A stretch of DNA of 59,116 bases, the filler included, from Squatina squatina (taxonomy: Eukaryota), in NCBI GenBank assembly GCA_031763465.1. It is 4 parts of 4 records of this genome, joined end to end, with 100 filler letters (N's around TTAATTAATTAA, not from the genome) between each part and the next. Parts side by side here need not be neighbours in the genome. Positions count along the whole stretch, not along the records: positions 30,340 to 43,294 come from JARFOE010000016.1; positions 43,395 to 59,116 come from JARFOE010000194.1; 2 more parts are not named here. One strand, written 5' to 3'. The translations under genes and the position numbers were made by a program. Below are positions 37,167 through 48,510 of this stretch, in pieces. Every line of letters begins with the position of its first letter. Position 1 is the first letter of the stretch. The notes beneath the pieces were generated by a model. The model was not told where the DNA came from. It did not search any database and saw only the letters and a program-made list of their open reading frames with translations.

Positions 37167-38499
37167 TTTTGAAAAGAATCAGCATAGTAAACCTGGTGCA
37201 CTGTCACTCCACGGGCTGTACAGCCCGGGCTTACAGAGAACCAGTCACGTTACATAAATGTATACACATAGTAATAGAATATCAGGGCTTAAAGTGTTAT
37301 GGCTATGAGGGCAGGTTGCATTAAATTTTATTCCCTTGAGCTTAGAAGGGTGAAGGTTGGTTGAATGGAGGTTTTATAAATGATAAAGGGATTTGGCAGA
37401 GTAGATACAATCAACATCACAAAAACAGATGATCTGGTGATTTATCTTGGTGCTGTTTGTGGGAGCTTGCTGTGCACAAATTGGNNNNNNNNNNNNNNNN
37501 NNNNNNNNNNNNNNNNNNNNNNNNNNNNNNNNNNNNNNNNNNNNNNNNNNNNNNNNNNNNNNNNNNNNNNNNNNNNNNNNNNNNCAAGGGGCACAGATCG
37601 GGACTATGATCACAGAGGTTCTAGTGATGATCGTCGTAATCGTCGACATCAAGACCACCGGAACTCTGAGAATTCTGAAGTTGGTGTAAGTGAAAATTTA
37701 TTGGAATTTGACACTTTGTGACTGATTTATCAGTTCAGAGAAAATGGTGGCAGAGTCGTGGTGCAGCACAGTACTTGATCGCTTAGATGACTTTATTTGT
37801 GCTTTTTTTTGCTTTCTTTAGCCCGGGGCCAAGGAGGCCAATTTTAACGATCGCTGACGCCGCTCAGGCTGAGTTCAGTTAGCTCTGTGCAAAGTGGAGA
37901 CCAAACCTGGGACTTTCCTAATCTGCATGGTGCTGCACCACGCCAGTTAAGTGGCTCGTTGGATCCCTAATTGCTGGTTGTGGTTGCAGCTTTGCTGATA
38001 TCAGCAGGATGATACAACGCTGTCGGCTGGTGTCCAGGTAATGATAGGTATGGAGGAAAATGGAATGAGCAAACCATTGGCATGCTCTGCTACTTGACGC
38101 AACGCGCACCAGCAAAGCCCCAAACCTCTGCTGTAATAGTAGTATTTTTACAAGCCTGCAATTTGTTAGGCACACAATATGCTGTCACATTATAGCATGC
38201 CTGGCAACATTGCTGTCATTATACTGAAGGAAATATTGATGGCAATCTACAATGAGTGATTTCCTCCCATCCTAACTGCTTTCCTAAGAGCATGTAAAAG
38301 CCATTTGTGCAGAGGTTTCTGCAAAGGTTTTTTTTTCAGCAGAGCGGGCNNNNNNNNNNNNNNNNNNNNNNNNNNNNNNNNNNNNNNNNNNNNNNNNNNN
38401 NNNNNNNNNNNNNNNNNNNNNNNNNNNNNNNNNNNNNNNNNNNNNNNNNTAATATATACGGTGAAAAACTGTGGCTCCAATATAGATTCCTCGGGAACA

Positions 38500-38850
38500 T
38501 TACTGCCAATCAGATTGCTCCCTTTATCCCTACTTTCTGTCTCCTACCTTCCAACAATTACCAACACCTATCACAAGGTGACTTCTATTTTTGCTGGTAA
38601 TTTTGTGTGGATCCTTATCAAGTGCCGTCCGGAAGTCCATGTAGACAACATCCTTAGCCACGCCCCAGTCCACCATTCCAGTAACCCTCCAAAAAAAATT
38701 AACTAGATTAGTCAGACATAACCAACCCATCACAAATCCATGCTGGCACTTTTGATTAGTTCACACTTGTCTATAAGTGCTTAGCCACTGTCTCTGAAAG
38801 ATGCCGGTGCCTTCCTCACGACTAATGTAAAACTGACTGGTTTGTAGTTA
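38500..38850 (-). mobile_element. CR1 LINE RT remnant
   Basis: CLTNLVNFF...VDWGVAKDVVYMDFRTALDKDPH, preceded by a YKPVSFT-like segment. Confidence 0.8.
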
Positions 38851-38884
38851 CCTGAAGGTTAAGCAAAGTGTACTCCTTTTAAAA

Positions 38885-39130
38885 CAAGCAAAGTACTGCA
38901 GATGCTGGGAATCTGAAATGAAAACATTCAGCAAGTCAGGCAGCATCTGTGGAGAGAGAAACAGAGTTAACGGTTCAGGTCGATGACCATTCATCAGAAT
39001 TGAAAGATGCTGGAGATGAACTGAGCCAGGGAAAAGGGGGGACGGGGAAAGAACAAAAGGGAAGGGTCTGTGATGGGTTGGAGGGCAAGAGTGATTAAAT
39101 GACAAAAGGGGTGATGGTGCAGAGCAAAAG
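38885..39130 (-). mobile_element. Penelope-type non-autonomous repeat carrying a decayed minimal hammerhead ribozyme motif
   Basis: Minus strand 39002-38965 reads CAATT CTGATGA A TGGTC ATC GACCT GAACCGTT AACT. The purine-rich body is shared with 18400-18600. Confidence 0.65.
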
Positions 39131-39381
39131 GGGGTACTACTTTTAATCTGGTGCACATGAGTATGTTAAAAGTGAGACCCATTTAAAGAAACCAAATAAA
39201 ACACAACTAAAGCTAGCCGTGTAATCTGTCGTCAACTGTGTTGCACACTGAGCCTAACATGTTGTCCATCTGCACTAGTATCTGCTACTTGAGTGTCTTG
39301 AATTGGAATTTATTCAAATTAGTGAGGGTCTATGATTTCATAACCTCACTTGACAATCAGTTGAAAAAGAGAATCTACAAA

Positions 39382-39564
39382 CAGTATTCACTTTAAACTG
39401 TGTGGCTGCGCAGCATGCTGCAGCTCCCGCGCAGCATGCTGCAGCTCCCGCACAGCCAGCTCACCGCCTTTTAAATCGGAAAAACCACAAGTGCGGTATT
39501 TTGAATGGACCACGCAGCCCCTTAAAGGGTTGCGCACCCAAAAAAAAAATTACTGGGGACATTG
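39382..39564. mobile_element. Short decayed hAT-type MITE
   Basis: Ends CAGTATTCACTTTAA and TTACTGGGGACATTG are imperfect TIRs (9/15). The flanks TCTACAAA and TCTGCAAG (6/8) fit an 8-bp TSD. There is an internal 21-bp tandem duplication. Confidence 0.5.
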
Positions 39565-40204
39565 TCTGCAAGGTCAATTTTTTCCTCATTCCTATCATTT
39601 GGTTTACAACAACATTGGCAAATGGCTTGGCTGCCTTTAGTGTGAAAATCTGAAAAAGGAGTGATGAACTTAAAACTCAACATACACACTAAATATGGTT
39701 GAATCTCAGCTGTGTTCTTGATAATGAACTCAGTCATCTAGCAGACCAGTTCGTGTGAAAAGAGGAGCATCATTTTGCAAACAAAATTTAAATGTGCAGA
39801 TTAATTGGCTTTAACAACCGACTTCTGCCTGCCCATTTTTTAATGGTATCTTTGCTCTAATAATCATGCACCTTTACTGTCTTTGCTGCCAAAAGGATGA
39901 GAAGTTTGCCCCCTGAAAGTGTCCTTTTTGGTCAGCCTCTGAAAGGTGAAGGATGATGATCCAGCAATGACATCTCCATCTGATTATTTTTCCCCGTTTT
40001 CTTAGCAGAAAGGCACATTGCCTCTGCTCAGCAATGGCCAGATAGGGCTGATCAAATCTCTGTCCTCCAACTTGGTGCTACGCACTTGTACTCTCGATGT
40101 GCTTCATCAGTCTCTCGCTTGTCAGAATTTTTTAAACCTTTGCTCTGATGCTTTCTTCAGCTTTGCTATGCTCATTTTCTTGGTTCAAATTTTCCTTTTT
40201 ATAG

Positions 40205-40357
40205 AGACATCAGGAGAGAAGAAGCAGTGACAGGTCAGATGGCGGTTACCATTCAGATGGCGACTATAAGGATCCAGATCGGAATGACCTGAACAATGAA
40301 AAGGAAAGCAAAACTATTATGTTACGAGGGCTTCCTTCATCTACGACAGAGGATGAT
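40205..40357 (+). CDS. RBM5: RBM5-like exon entering RRM1, 153 nt
   Basis: TTTCCTTTTTATAG | RHQERRSSDRSDGGYHSDGDYKDPDRNDLNNEKESKTIMLRGLPSSTTEDD | GTAGGT. The GYHSDGDY and ESKTIMLRGLP motifs match recalled RBM5 exon 4. Confidence 0.85.
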
Positions 40358-42708
40358 GTAGGTCTTTTTTTTCTCCAGTGTTCGTACTGTAGTTACGGTA
40401 GTGATGATTCTCCCTAGAAACAAAAGGAGGCAGAAAAAATAGAAATGATAGTTGGGTAGGAGAATGAAAAAGTTACAAATTATAGTTTTCAGGCAGGAAG
40501 AAGTGAAAATGTGTTGGCTTTTCTTTTCAACTATTGCTTTAGTAAAATACATTGCATGGCTTTTTTTTTGTTATATTTTGTATTTTTGCAGGCCTGGTAG
40601 CATTTCTCATAATGTGAGCAGTGTTCAGAGTGTATACTGTGCAGCAGTGAATATTCTGTTTCAGAGCCAGTATCAGATATTNNNNNNNNNNTCCCTACGG
40701 CCCTGATACTGGAGAAAGTGACATGCTTACTGCAACATGCTGGCTGCATAAAATAAGAAAAAAAATGTGATATTGTCTATTTTCTCCAAGAATTCTGAAC
40801 TGTGAACTCGCTATTGTGTTGAAAGTCCTGGGCAATTAGCTGATTTTGGGATTACATAGTGACTTCTGGAAAATAGGGATGCCTCTGGAGATGGAACCCT
40901 GTTCATTAGATAACATTTGATCAACAGTGCAATGATTTAAATTTGAGACTGTAGTGCCATGGAGTTCCAGCAGGTAGCACTGAGGATTTGAGTATAGGAG
41001 CAGAGAGGTACTACTGCAGTTGTACAGNNNNNNNNNNNNNNNNNNNNNNNNNNNNNNNNNNNNNNNNNNNNNNNNNNNNNNNNNNNNNNNNNNNNNNNNN
41101 NNNNNNNNNNNNNNNNNNNNNNNNNNNNNNNNNNNNNNNNNNNNNNNNNNNNNNNNNNNNNNNNNNNNNNNNNNNNNNNNNNNNNNNNNNNNNNNNNNNN
41201 NNNNNNNNNNNNNNNNNNNNNNNNNNNNNNNNNNNNNNNNNNNNNNNNNNNNNNNNNNNNNNNNNNNNNNNNNNNNNNNNNNNNNNNNNNNNNNNNNNNN
41301 NNNNNNNNNNNNNNNNNNNNNNNNNNNNNNNNNNNNNNNNNNNNNNNNNNNNNNNNNNNNNNNNNNNNNNNNNNNNNNNNNNNNNNNNNNNNNNNNNNNN
41401 NNNNNNNNNNNNNNNNNNNNNNNNNNNNNNNNNNNNNNNNNNNNNNNNNNNNNNNNNNNNNNNNNNNNNNNNNNNNNNNNNNNNNNNNNNNNNNNNNNNN
41501 NNNNNNNNNNNNNNNNNNNNNNNNNNNNNNNNNNNNNNNNNNNNNNNNNNNNNNNNNNNNNNNNNNNNNNNNNNNNNNNNNNNNNNNNNNNNNNNNNNNN
41601 NNNNNNNNNNNNNNNNNNNNNNNNNNNNNNNNNNNNNNNNNNNNNNNNNNNNNNNNNNNNNNNNNNNNNNNNNNNNNNNNNNNNNNNNNNNNNNNNNNNN
41701 NNNNNNNNNNNNNNNNNNNNNNNNNNNNNNNNNNNNNNNNNNNNNNNNNNNNNNNNNNNNNNNNNNNNNNNNNNNNNNNNNNNNNNNNNNNNNNNNNNNN
41801 NNNNNNNNNNNNNNNNNNNNNNNNGTATTTTAGAGTGTTCTACATTCAAGGTATTTATAAATGCAAATTTGGCTTTATTTAATGGTACTGTAGCTGTTTG
41901 TGAATCATTAGCGTGTTACAGCACAGAAAAGTTTGATCAAGTGTTCAGTTATCTACTCCATCCTTGAGTACCAGAAAGCACTAGATTCGGTTTCAGTAGA
42001 CCAGGAACTGAAGTGTCCGTGGCAGATTCAGTAATTATTATTTTGGTGTATATAACTGTTATCTGGGTTCAAGGTTTTGTACGTGTTAGTATTAGTTATT
42101 ATTTAGAAAACAATTTGGGGAGGAGGTGGAATATTAATTGAGCTGTTAGATGGCAGTGGCTGGGAAAAAAAATCAGAAACATCTGATTGTGAAGTGGGGG
42201 GAGGGGCACAGAAGAGAATTGGGGTTCCAGTTAACACAGTCTAGTATGACCAGAAGTAAAAGATGTTACTGCAATCAGGAATACCTCAAATTGTCCCCTT
42301 TTGTTTCTGTTGAAGTTTGCTGTGATTAATTGTGGCACAAGAGTATTTAAGTTTATAAAGGATGATGGAAGTATCTATCTGTCTATCTTGGATTTGTTGC
42401 TTTAAGCAAAATCTTAAACATTTTTTTGTCGTTTAAAAAAAAAAAATTCCAGTCCTTTGTGTGTTTTTATTTTTTCCCTGTGGAGAGCTGCATGGTGCCC
42501 TTTTGTGTTGATGGGATTGTGAACAAAGCCGTATTCTACTATTCTTCAGCGCAGTGTGTTGGAACACTGGAGTTTACACATTCTTTTCAAATAGAACTGC
42601 AGATCCATGTTTAATGTTTCTGAGCCGTGCAGTTCATGCTTTTGATCCAGATTGAATTGTGATCTAGTATTTGAGTTAGCTTAGTAAATGCCATTTTTTT
42701 TTTTCTAG

Positions 42709-42781
42709 ATTCGAACTGTTTTGGAGCCTTATGATGGAGTTCAGCCAAGAGATGTGCGACTAATGAGGAGCAAAATGTCAG
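42709..42781 (+). CDS. RBM5: RBM5-like RRM1 exon, 73 nt
   Basis: Poly-T + CTAG | IRTVLEPYDGVQPRDVRLMRSKMS+G | GTGAGA. In frame with 40205-40357 and corresponds to RBM5 exon 5. Confidence 0.82.
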
Positions 42782-43294
42782 GTGAGATTTCTGTTCCTGC
42801 TCCAGGTTTCTCCCCCTCCCCTCCCTCCCCTAAAGCAAAAAGAACCACATTTGGTTTACCCAGTGGCTGAGAATTAGAACGCACGAATTTGCCATGGCTG
42901 AGGAACGTGAAAAGTATTGTTGATTTGTTGAAAGCAAGGTGTAACTTCTCTCTCAATTATGCAGTAGTCACTGTAACCTTTTCCTTTTGTAAGTTACAGA
43001 CAAAGGGTTATAGCCCAGGATTTAAAAAGAGGTCCCATCTTTAAAGGGCTGGGGTCAGGAAAGTTGCATTGCCTTTCCCAAAATATCACTTCCCATTTTT
43101 TCTTTATTTCTGGTATTTTTATTTTTCTGTCTTTTTCCTCCCTTCTTTTCAATATTGTCTCCACTACACTCCCATCATGTATATTGCACAAGTGGTGGTG
43201 TAACAGCAGCAAATGTAATCCCAATGAAAACTGGGTTGCAGGTGGGTACCACATGTGGATTCTGTTGTTTCTAAGGTCAATTTGTCATGGTCTG

Positions 43295-43394
43295 NNNNNN
43301 NNNNNNNNNNNNNNNNNNNNNNNNNNNNNNNNNNNNNNTTAATTAATTAANNNNNNNNNNNNNNNNNNNNNNNNNNNNNNNNNNNNNNNNNNNN
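43295..43394. other. Artificial scaffold-joining spacer
   Basis: 44 N + TTAATTAATTAA (43339-43350) + 44 N. Confidence 0.97.
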
Positions 43395-43957
43395 CTCGAC
43401 CCTTCTGCCAATGGGAACAGTTTCTCTCTATCTACTCTGTCCAGACCCCTTATGATTTTGAACACCTCTATAAAATCTCTTCTCAATCTTCTCTGCTCTA
43501 AGGAGAATATTTTGTAATAAATGGGAAGAAAACATTCAATCTCCCAATTTATGTTGTTAATAGTGGAAGCCGTAATAACACATTTTTGGAAGGGAAAGTG
43601 CTGGGTGATGTCACTTTGCCATTATGATACCAGTCATGGTTACCAGAGACTTATGACCAGTGATTACCATGGACCACTGACAGATGTGATTTATCAGTCA
43701 TACTGTTCGCATGGACTCAAAGTCAATAGGCAGCAGTTACCAGGGAAATGCGTGCCTGGTTACCAGAGTCTAATGGGCAGCTGTTACCATGGATGAATGG
43801 TCGGAGGCTCTTCAATTTTATTATTCCCATGAACCAATCACAGTGCTCCAAAAATTGACACTCTTCGAAAGCATCACTCACTAAACAGTCACGTGATTAT
43901 TTTTGTCCATTCATATTGCTGGAAAGCAACATTCAATATTTGAAACGGTCAGTGAGA

Positions 43958-44255
43958 ATCATGGAATTTTGTAGCACAGAACGAGGCTATTCAGTCCATC
44001 GTGTTTGTGCTGGCACACTGAAGGAACTATCCACTTGGTTACATTGCCGCATAGTCTTTCCAATTTTTCTTGTTCAAATAGCCAAATAATTTTGCCCTGT
44101 TTATTATGTGTAAACCCTTCATAATTTTGAACACCTCCCATCAGATCTCCCTCTAACCTTTTCCACTGAAATGAAAAGGACCCCAGTTTCTCTAGCCGCC
44201 TCATAATTAAAGCCTCTCATCCCTGGGTGAATCTCTTCTGGACCCTCTCCATGGC
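43958..44255 (-). mobile_element. CR1 LINE 3' end
   Basis: RRLEKLGSFSFQWKRLEGDL and a CR1-like 3' terminal motif on the minus strand. Confidence 0.7.
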
Positions 44256-45492
44256 TTTGGTGGGGCGCCCAATTCGGTACTTACCGCCATTAGTCTTTGG
44301 TTGTTAAAACGGTGTTCGACCCCGAATGCCGTTTTTCGCTCTTAAGTGCTACAGCACTAGGTGGCGTCCATGACATCATCAGTGCGCGTTACGCTAAAAA
44401 TGGACGGCCGCCCGGGAATTCAAGTAATTTGATAGTTTTTTAAAATTATTTAGTAAAGATAGGGTGAGTGCAGCAAAATAGCTTATTTGGAGGATACAAG
44501 GTGTTCAAATTATATGGGGAAATGTTGATTGGATTTGTGTTACTCTTACGTGATAGGTAGGTAACGTTTGTGTTCCAGTTTTGGATTAGATATAGCTAGT
44601 ACTTATTAACCGATAAACTCACAAGTATACTTTAAAAAAAAAAATCCAGCTCGAAGAATAGTTTTAAGTAAGATTTGCAATGCTTGATATTTTTTGCACC
44701 ATGAGGGTTCATTTCACCCTTCAATTATTCCCTGTTTTATCAGGTTTTGATTTGAACAAAAAGAAACTCATAGAGGAGCGTAACGGCTTTCTAGGGCTTG
44801 CATGAACAGCTGCTTTTACCAGCTGATCTCCTTCAGCACAGAAGCACCACGATACAAAGAATCCTTTCCTGTGTTCATTTTAATACAGCTTTTTGTGTAC
44901 TGTGTCAAACTGCAGTGTAAAATATTAAAATCTACCAGTTGGTTCAGCTGAGGAAAATAATTGTTTCAAGTTTTCCATGTGTCTCAAAGCTGATCTCTCA
45001 ACAAAATCTTTTATAAGAGCNNNNNNNNNNNNNNNNNNNNNNNNNNNNNNNNNNNNNNNNNNNNNNNNNNNNNNNNNNNNNNNNNNNNNNNNNNNNNNNN
45101 NNNNNNNNNNNNNNNNNNNNTAAGAGCTACATGCTTATTTCATAGCGTTTTCTAATTTTGACTATGCAAGATATGTATACATTAATTAATTGGTAGAGTA
45201 TTGCATCATTGCCTGTGAAATTGTTTGCTGCCGAGAATTATTGTTTTAATTTAACAACGAATACATTGTTTAAAAAAAAGTTTTACACACTTTCTTTCTC
45301 CTCACTGACCTCTAAGCAATTTAGCTTCAATGCTAGTTGCATTAGTTTCTTACTCGACCTGACTCAATTTACAAACTCCTAATGGTGAGAGTCCCAGTAG
45401 GCTTAATTTTTGTGAGCAATGAAAATTGAACTTAGTGTTACTTTTATACTGTAAGAAAGCTTTTGGTAATTTTGTCAACTTTATATTTGTAG

Positions 45493-45595
45493 GTAAAACA
45501 GTTATGACACCAAGTCTAGATTCTTTTGGTCGTGATCGTGCTTTGTATCAAGAAAATGCCAAACAGCGAAGGATGGCAGAGAGAGAGGCTCGTAG
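45493..45595 (+). CDS. PAXBP1: PAXBP1/GCFC2-family exon, 103 nt
   Basis: TTTGTAG | xKTVMTPSLDSFGRDRALYQENAKQRRMAEREAR+AG | GTATGA. Confidence 0.85.
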
Positions 45596-46773
45596 GTATG
45601 ATTGCATGTTTAAAGTCAACCTTTTTACATTTTACAACTGCGGTGTTCTTTAAATGGAGGCAGCTGCACTGTTCATCCCTAGATCCTGCCCATCATTTTT
45701 ATTTGTTCGCATGTTGCACATGTATTCCCTTGTGAATGCCTGGAGGAAAATATGCTCATGATCGAGCTTCAATTAGTGGACTGAAAAGTATAGGTTTTGC
45801 TGTGCAATTAACTTCACTTACATGCCAAAAGTATGACACCATTAATAGTGAAAGTGGAATTTTAAAATGGTTCTTCATTCCTGATGCCGTTAGAGTTGAA
45901 CTTTGAGGACGACAAATCAAATAGTCAGCTCCCAGGCTGCCTCTGGCCTAGTTTTACAGACAAACCCAGGTAAGGGATGACCTGAGAGACACTGAAAGTG
46001 TACAGTTAAGAACCTGTATAATATTTGTGATTGTGAAGCAGTTTAGTAAGTTATCTACGTAAAAACGTCCAGTAGTGCATATCTGCCATACCTAAGGCAC
46101 CATGGCCCAGAAATTTGACCACACAGTACCTATTTTTTGGGGCATTAGATGGCCCCCTAAGCTTCCAATATGGCAGGCAGGAAGCACATGCTCATTACGA
46201 GCCAGAAAGGCACTGCCCGCTGTATTGGTATAGGCAACTCCGCGGGCATCAGGAGAGTCCATCTGAATTGTTTAAAGAGCTGAACGTGTTTCATAAGTTT
46301 GGGTCCTGCACTTTTTGCNNNNNNNNNNNNNNNNNNNNNNNNNNNNNNNNNNNNNNNNNNNNNNNNNNNNNNNNNNNNNNNNNNNNNNNNNNNNNNNNNN
46401 NNNNNNNNNNNNNNNNNNCTGTTCCCATCTCTATTGCAATTTCAGTTTAATTAGAGCATTAATAAACACACTTGGTGTTTGTGAGCTAAACTGAATGTAA
46501 TGGAATGAGATTCCCAGGCTTTTATTGCAGAAAGAAGTTAGACATTTTGCAAATATGTACAAAGTACCTAATGACTAAGATTCTGTATCCAATCTATTGT
46601 AATTCAGAGCATATCAAAGAAATGGGGGATATTTAGGAAATTAATAAATATAAAAGTGAAGTTTATATATTTAAGATTTTCTACAGTTTGAGTTTGACAA
46701 GAAAAATGTATATTGATGAAGAAACAGTCCTGATGAAAATGCCAGACATTAACTCTGGATTCTTATTATTTAG

Positions 46774-46889
46774 AGCACGTCGAAGACTGGCCAGAGAACA
46801 AGCGGGAAAGATGGCTGAACACCATGAAGGACTTTCAAGTGATGATGAAGAAACTTCCACAGACATCACTAGCTTTAATATAGAAAATG
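46774..46889 (+). CDS. PAXBP1: PAXBP1/GCFC2-family exon, 116 nt
   Basis: TTATTTAG | (R)ARRRLAREQAGKMAEHHEGLSSDDEETSTDITSFNIEN+G | GTAAGA; phases join both neighbouring exons. Confidence 0.88.
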
Positions 46890-48310
46890 GTAAGATACAC
46901 TGAAATGACACTTGCAGTTGCAAAATCAATGAAGGAGATGCTTTGAAAACACTGATCAGAAAATTTCCCGATGCAGTCCACAATTGCATGATTCACTGTA
47001 TTGGAAAATAAGAGATTCATGATCCAGGAAAGGACAATAAATGGAAAGGCAAAGGCAGAAGCAAGAAGGTGGAGATGAAATGAAAGGGAAAGAAATACGT
47101 TTTTTTGTAAAGGATATTTAAANNNNNNNNNNNNNNNNNNNNNNNNNNNNNNNNNNNNNNNNNNNNNNNNNNNNNNNNNNNNNNNNNNNNNNNNNNNNNN
47201 NNNNNNNNNNNNNNNNNNNNNNNNNNNNNNNNNNNNNNNNNNNNNNNNNNNNNNNNNNNNNNNNNNNNNNNNNNNNNNNNNNNNNNNNNNNNNNNNNNNN
47301 NNNNNNNNNNNNNNNNNNNNNNNNNNNNNNNNNNNNNNNNNNNNNNNNNNNNNNNNNNNNNNNNNNNNNNNNNNNNNNNNNNNNNNNNNNNNNNNNNNNN
47401 NNNNNNNNNNNNNNNNNNNNNNNNNNNNNNNNNNNNNNNNNNNNNNNNNNNNNNNNNNNNNNNNNNNNNNNNNNNNNNNNNNNNNNNNNNNNNNNNNNNN
47501 NNNNNNNNNNNNNNNNNNNNNNNNNNNNNNNNNNNNNNNNNNNNNNNNNNNNNNNNNNNNNNNNNNNNNNNNNNNNNNNNNNNNNNNNNNNNNNNNNNNN
47601 NNNNNNNNNNNNNNNNNNNNNNNNNNNNNNNNNNNNNNNNNNNNNNNNNNNNNNNNNNNNNNNNNNNNNNNNNNNNNNNNNNNNNNNNNNNNNNNNNNNN
47701 NNNNNNNNNNNNNNNNNNNNNNNNNNNNNNNNNNNNNNNNNNNNNNNNNNNNNNNNNNNNNNNNNNNNNNNNNNNNNNNNNNNNNNNNNNNNNNNNNNNN
47801 NNNNNNNNNNNNNNNNNNNNNNNNNNNNNNNNNNNNNNNNNNNNNNNNNNNNNNNNNNNNNNNNNNNNNNNNNNNNNNNNNNNNNNNNNNNNNNNNNNNN
47901 NNNNNNNNNNNNNNNNNNNNNNNNNNNNNNNNNNNNNNNNNNNNNNNNNNNNNNNNNNNNNNNNNNNNNNNNNNNNNNNNNNNNNNNNNNNNNNNNNNNN
48001 NNNNNNNNNNNNNNNNNNNNNNNNNNNNNNNNNNNNNNNNNNNNNNNNNNNNNNNNNNNNNNNNNNNNNNNNNNNNNNNNNNNNNNNNNNNNNNNNNNNN
48101 NNNNNCTGTTTGTTTCCTTCTCTGTTCCCATTCTCTTTCAGTGTCTCTAAAACCTACACACTGATCAATACTTTTAGCAGGCTAATTACGTTGACACCAA
48201 CACGTGCTATAAGCAGTGCAGACATTGTGCGTGTATATATGCACATACATGTATGTATGATGCAGAAACAATTTTTGAATGAATATATAAAGTGCTAAAA
48301 TCTTTTGTAG

Positions 48311-48510
48311 ATCGAATTGTTAATGAATCCAGAAAAGTGTTTGACGATGTCTTGGATGATTTCTGTACACTTGACTGCATCAAAACCCGATTTGAAGTCT
48401 GGCGACAAATGTATTACACTCATTATAAAGATGCATATATTGGTCTATGCCTCCCAAAACTGCTTAATCCACTTATTCGGTTACAACTCATCAAATGGAA
48501 TCCTTTTGAG
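48311..48510 (+). CDS. PAXBP1: PAXBP1/GCFC2-family exon (GCFC domain start), 200 nt
   Basis: TTTTGTAG | (D)RIVNESRKVFDDVLDDFCTLDCIKTRFEVWRQMYYTHYKDAYIGLCLPKLLNPLIRLQLIKWNPFE | GTGAGA. Confidence 0.88.

Noticed and set aside
40836-48131. ORFs of 280-337 aa
   Set aside because: They consist almost entirely of X from N-gaps.
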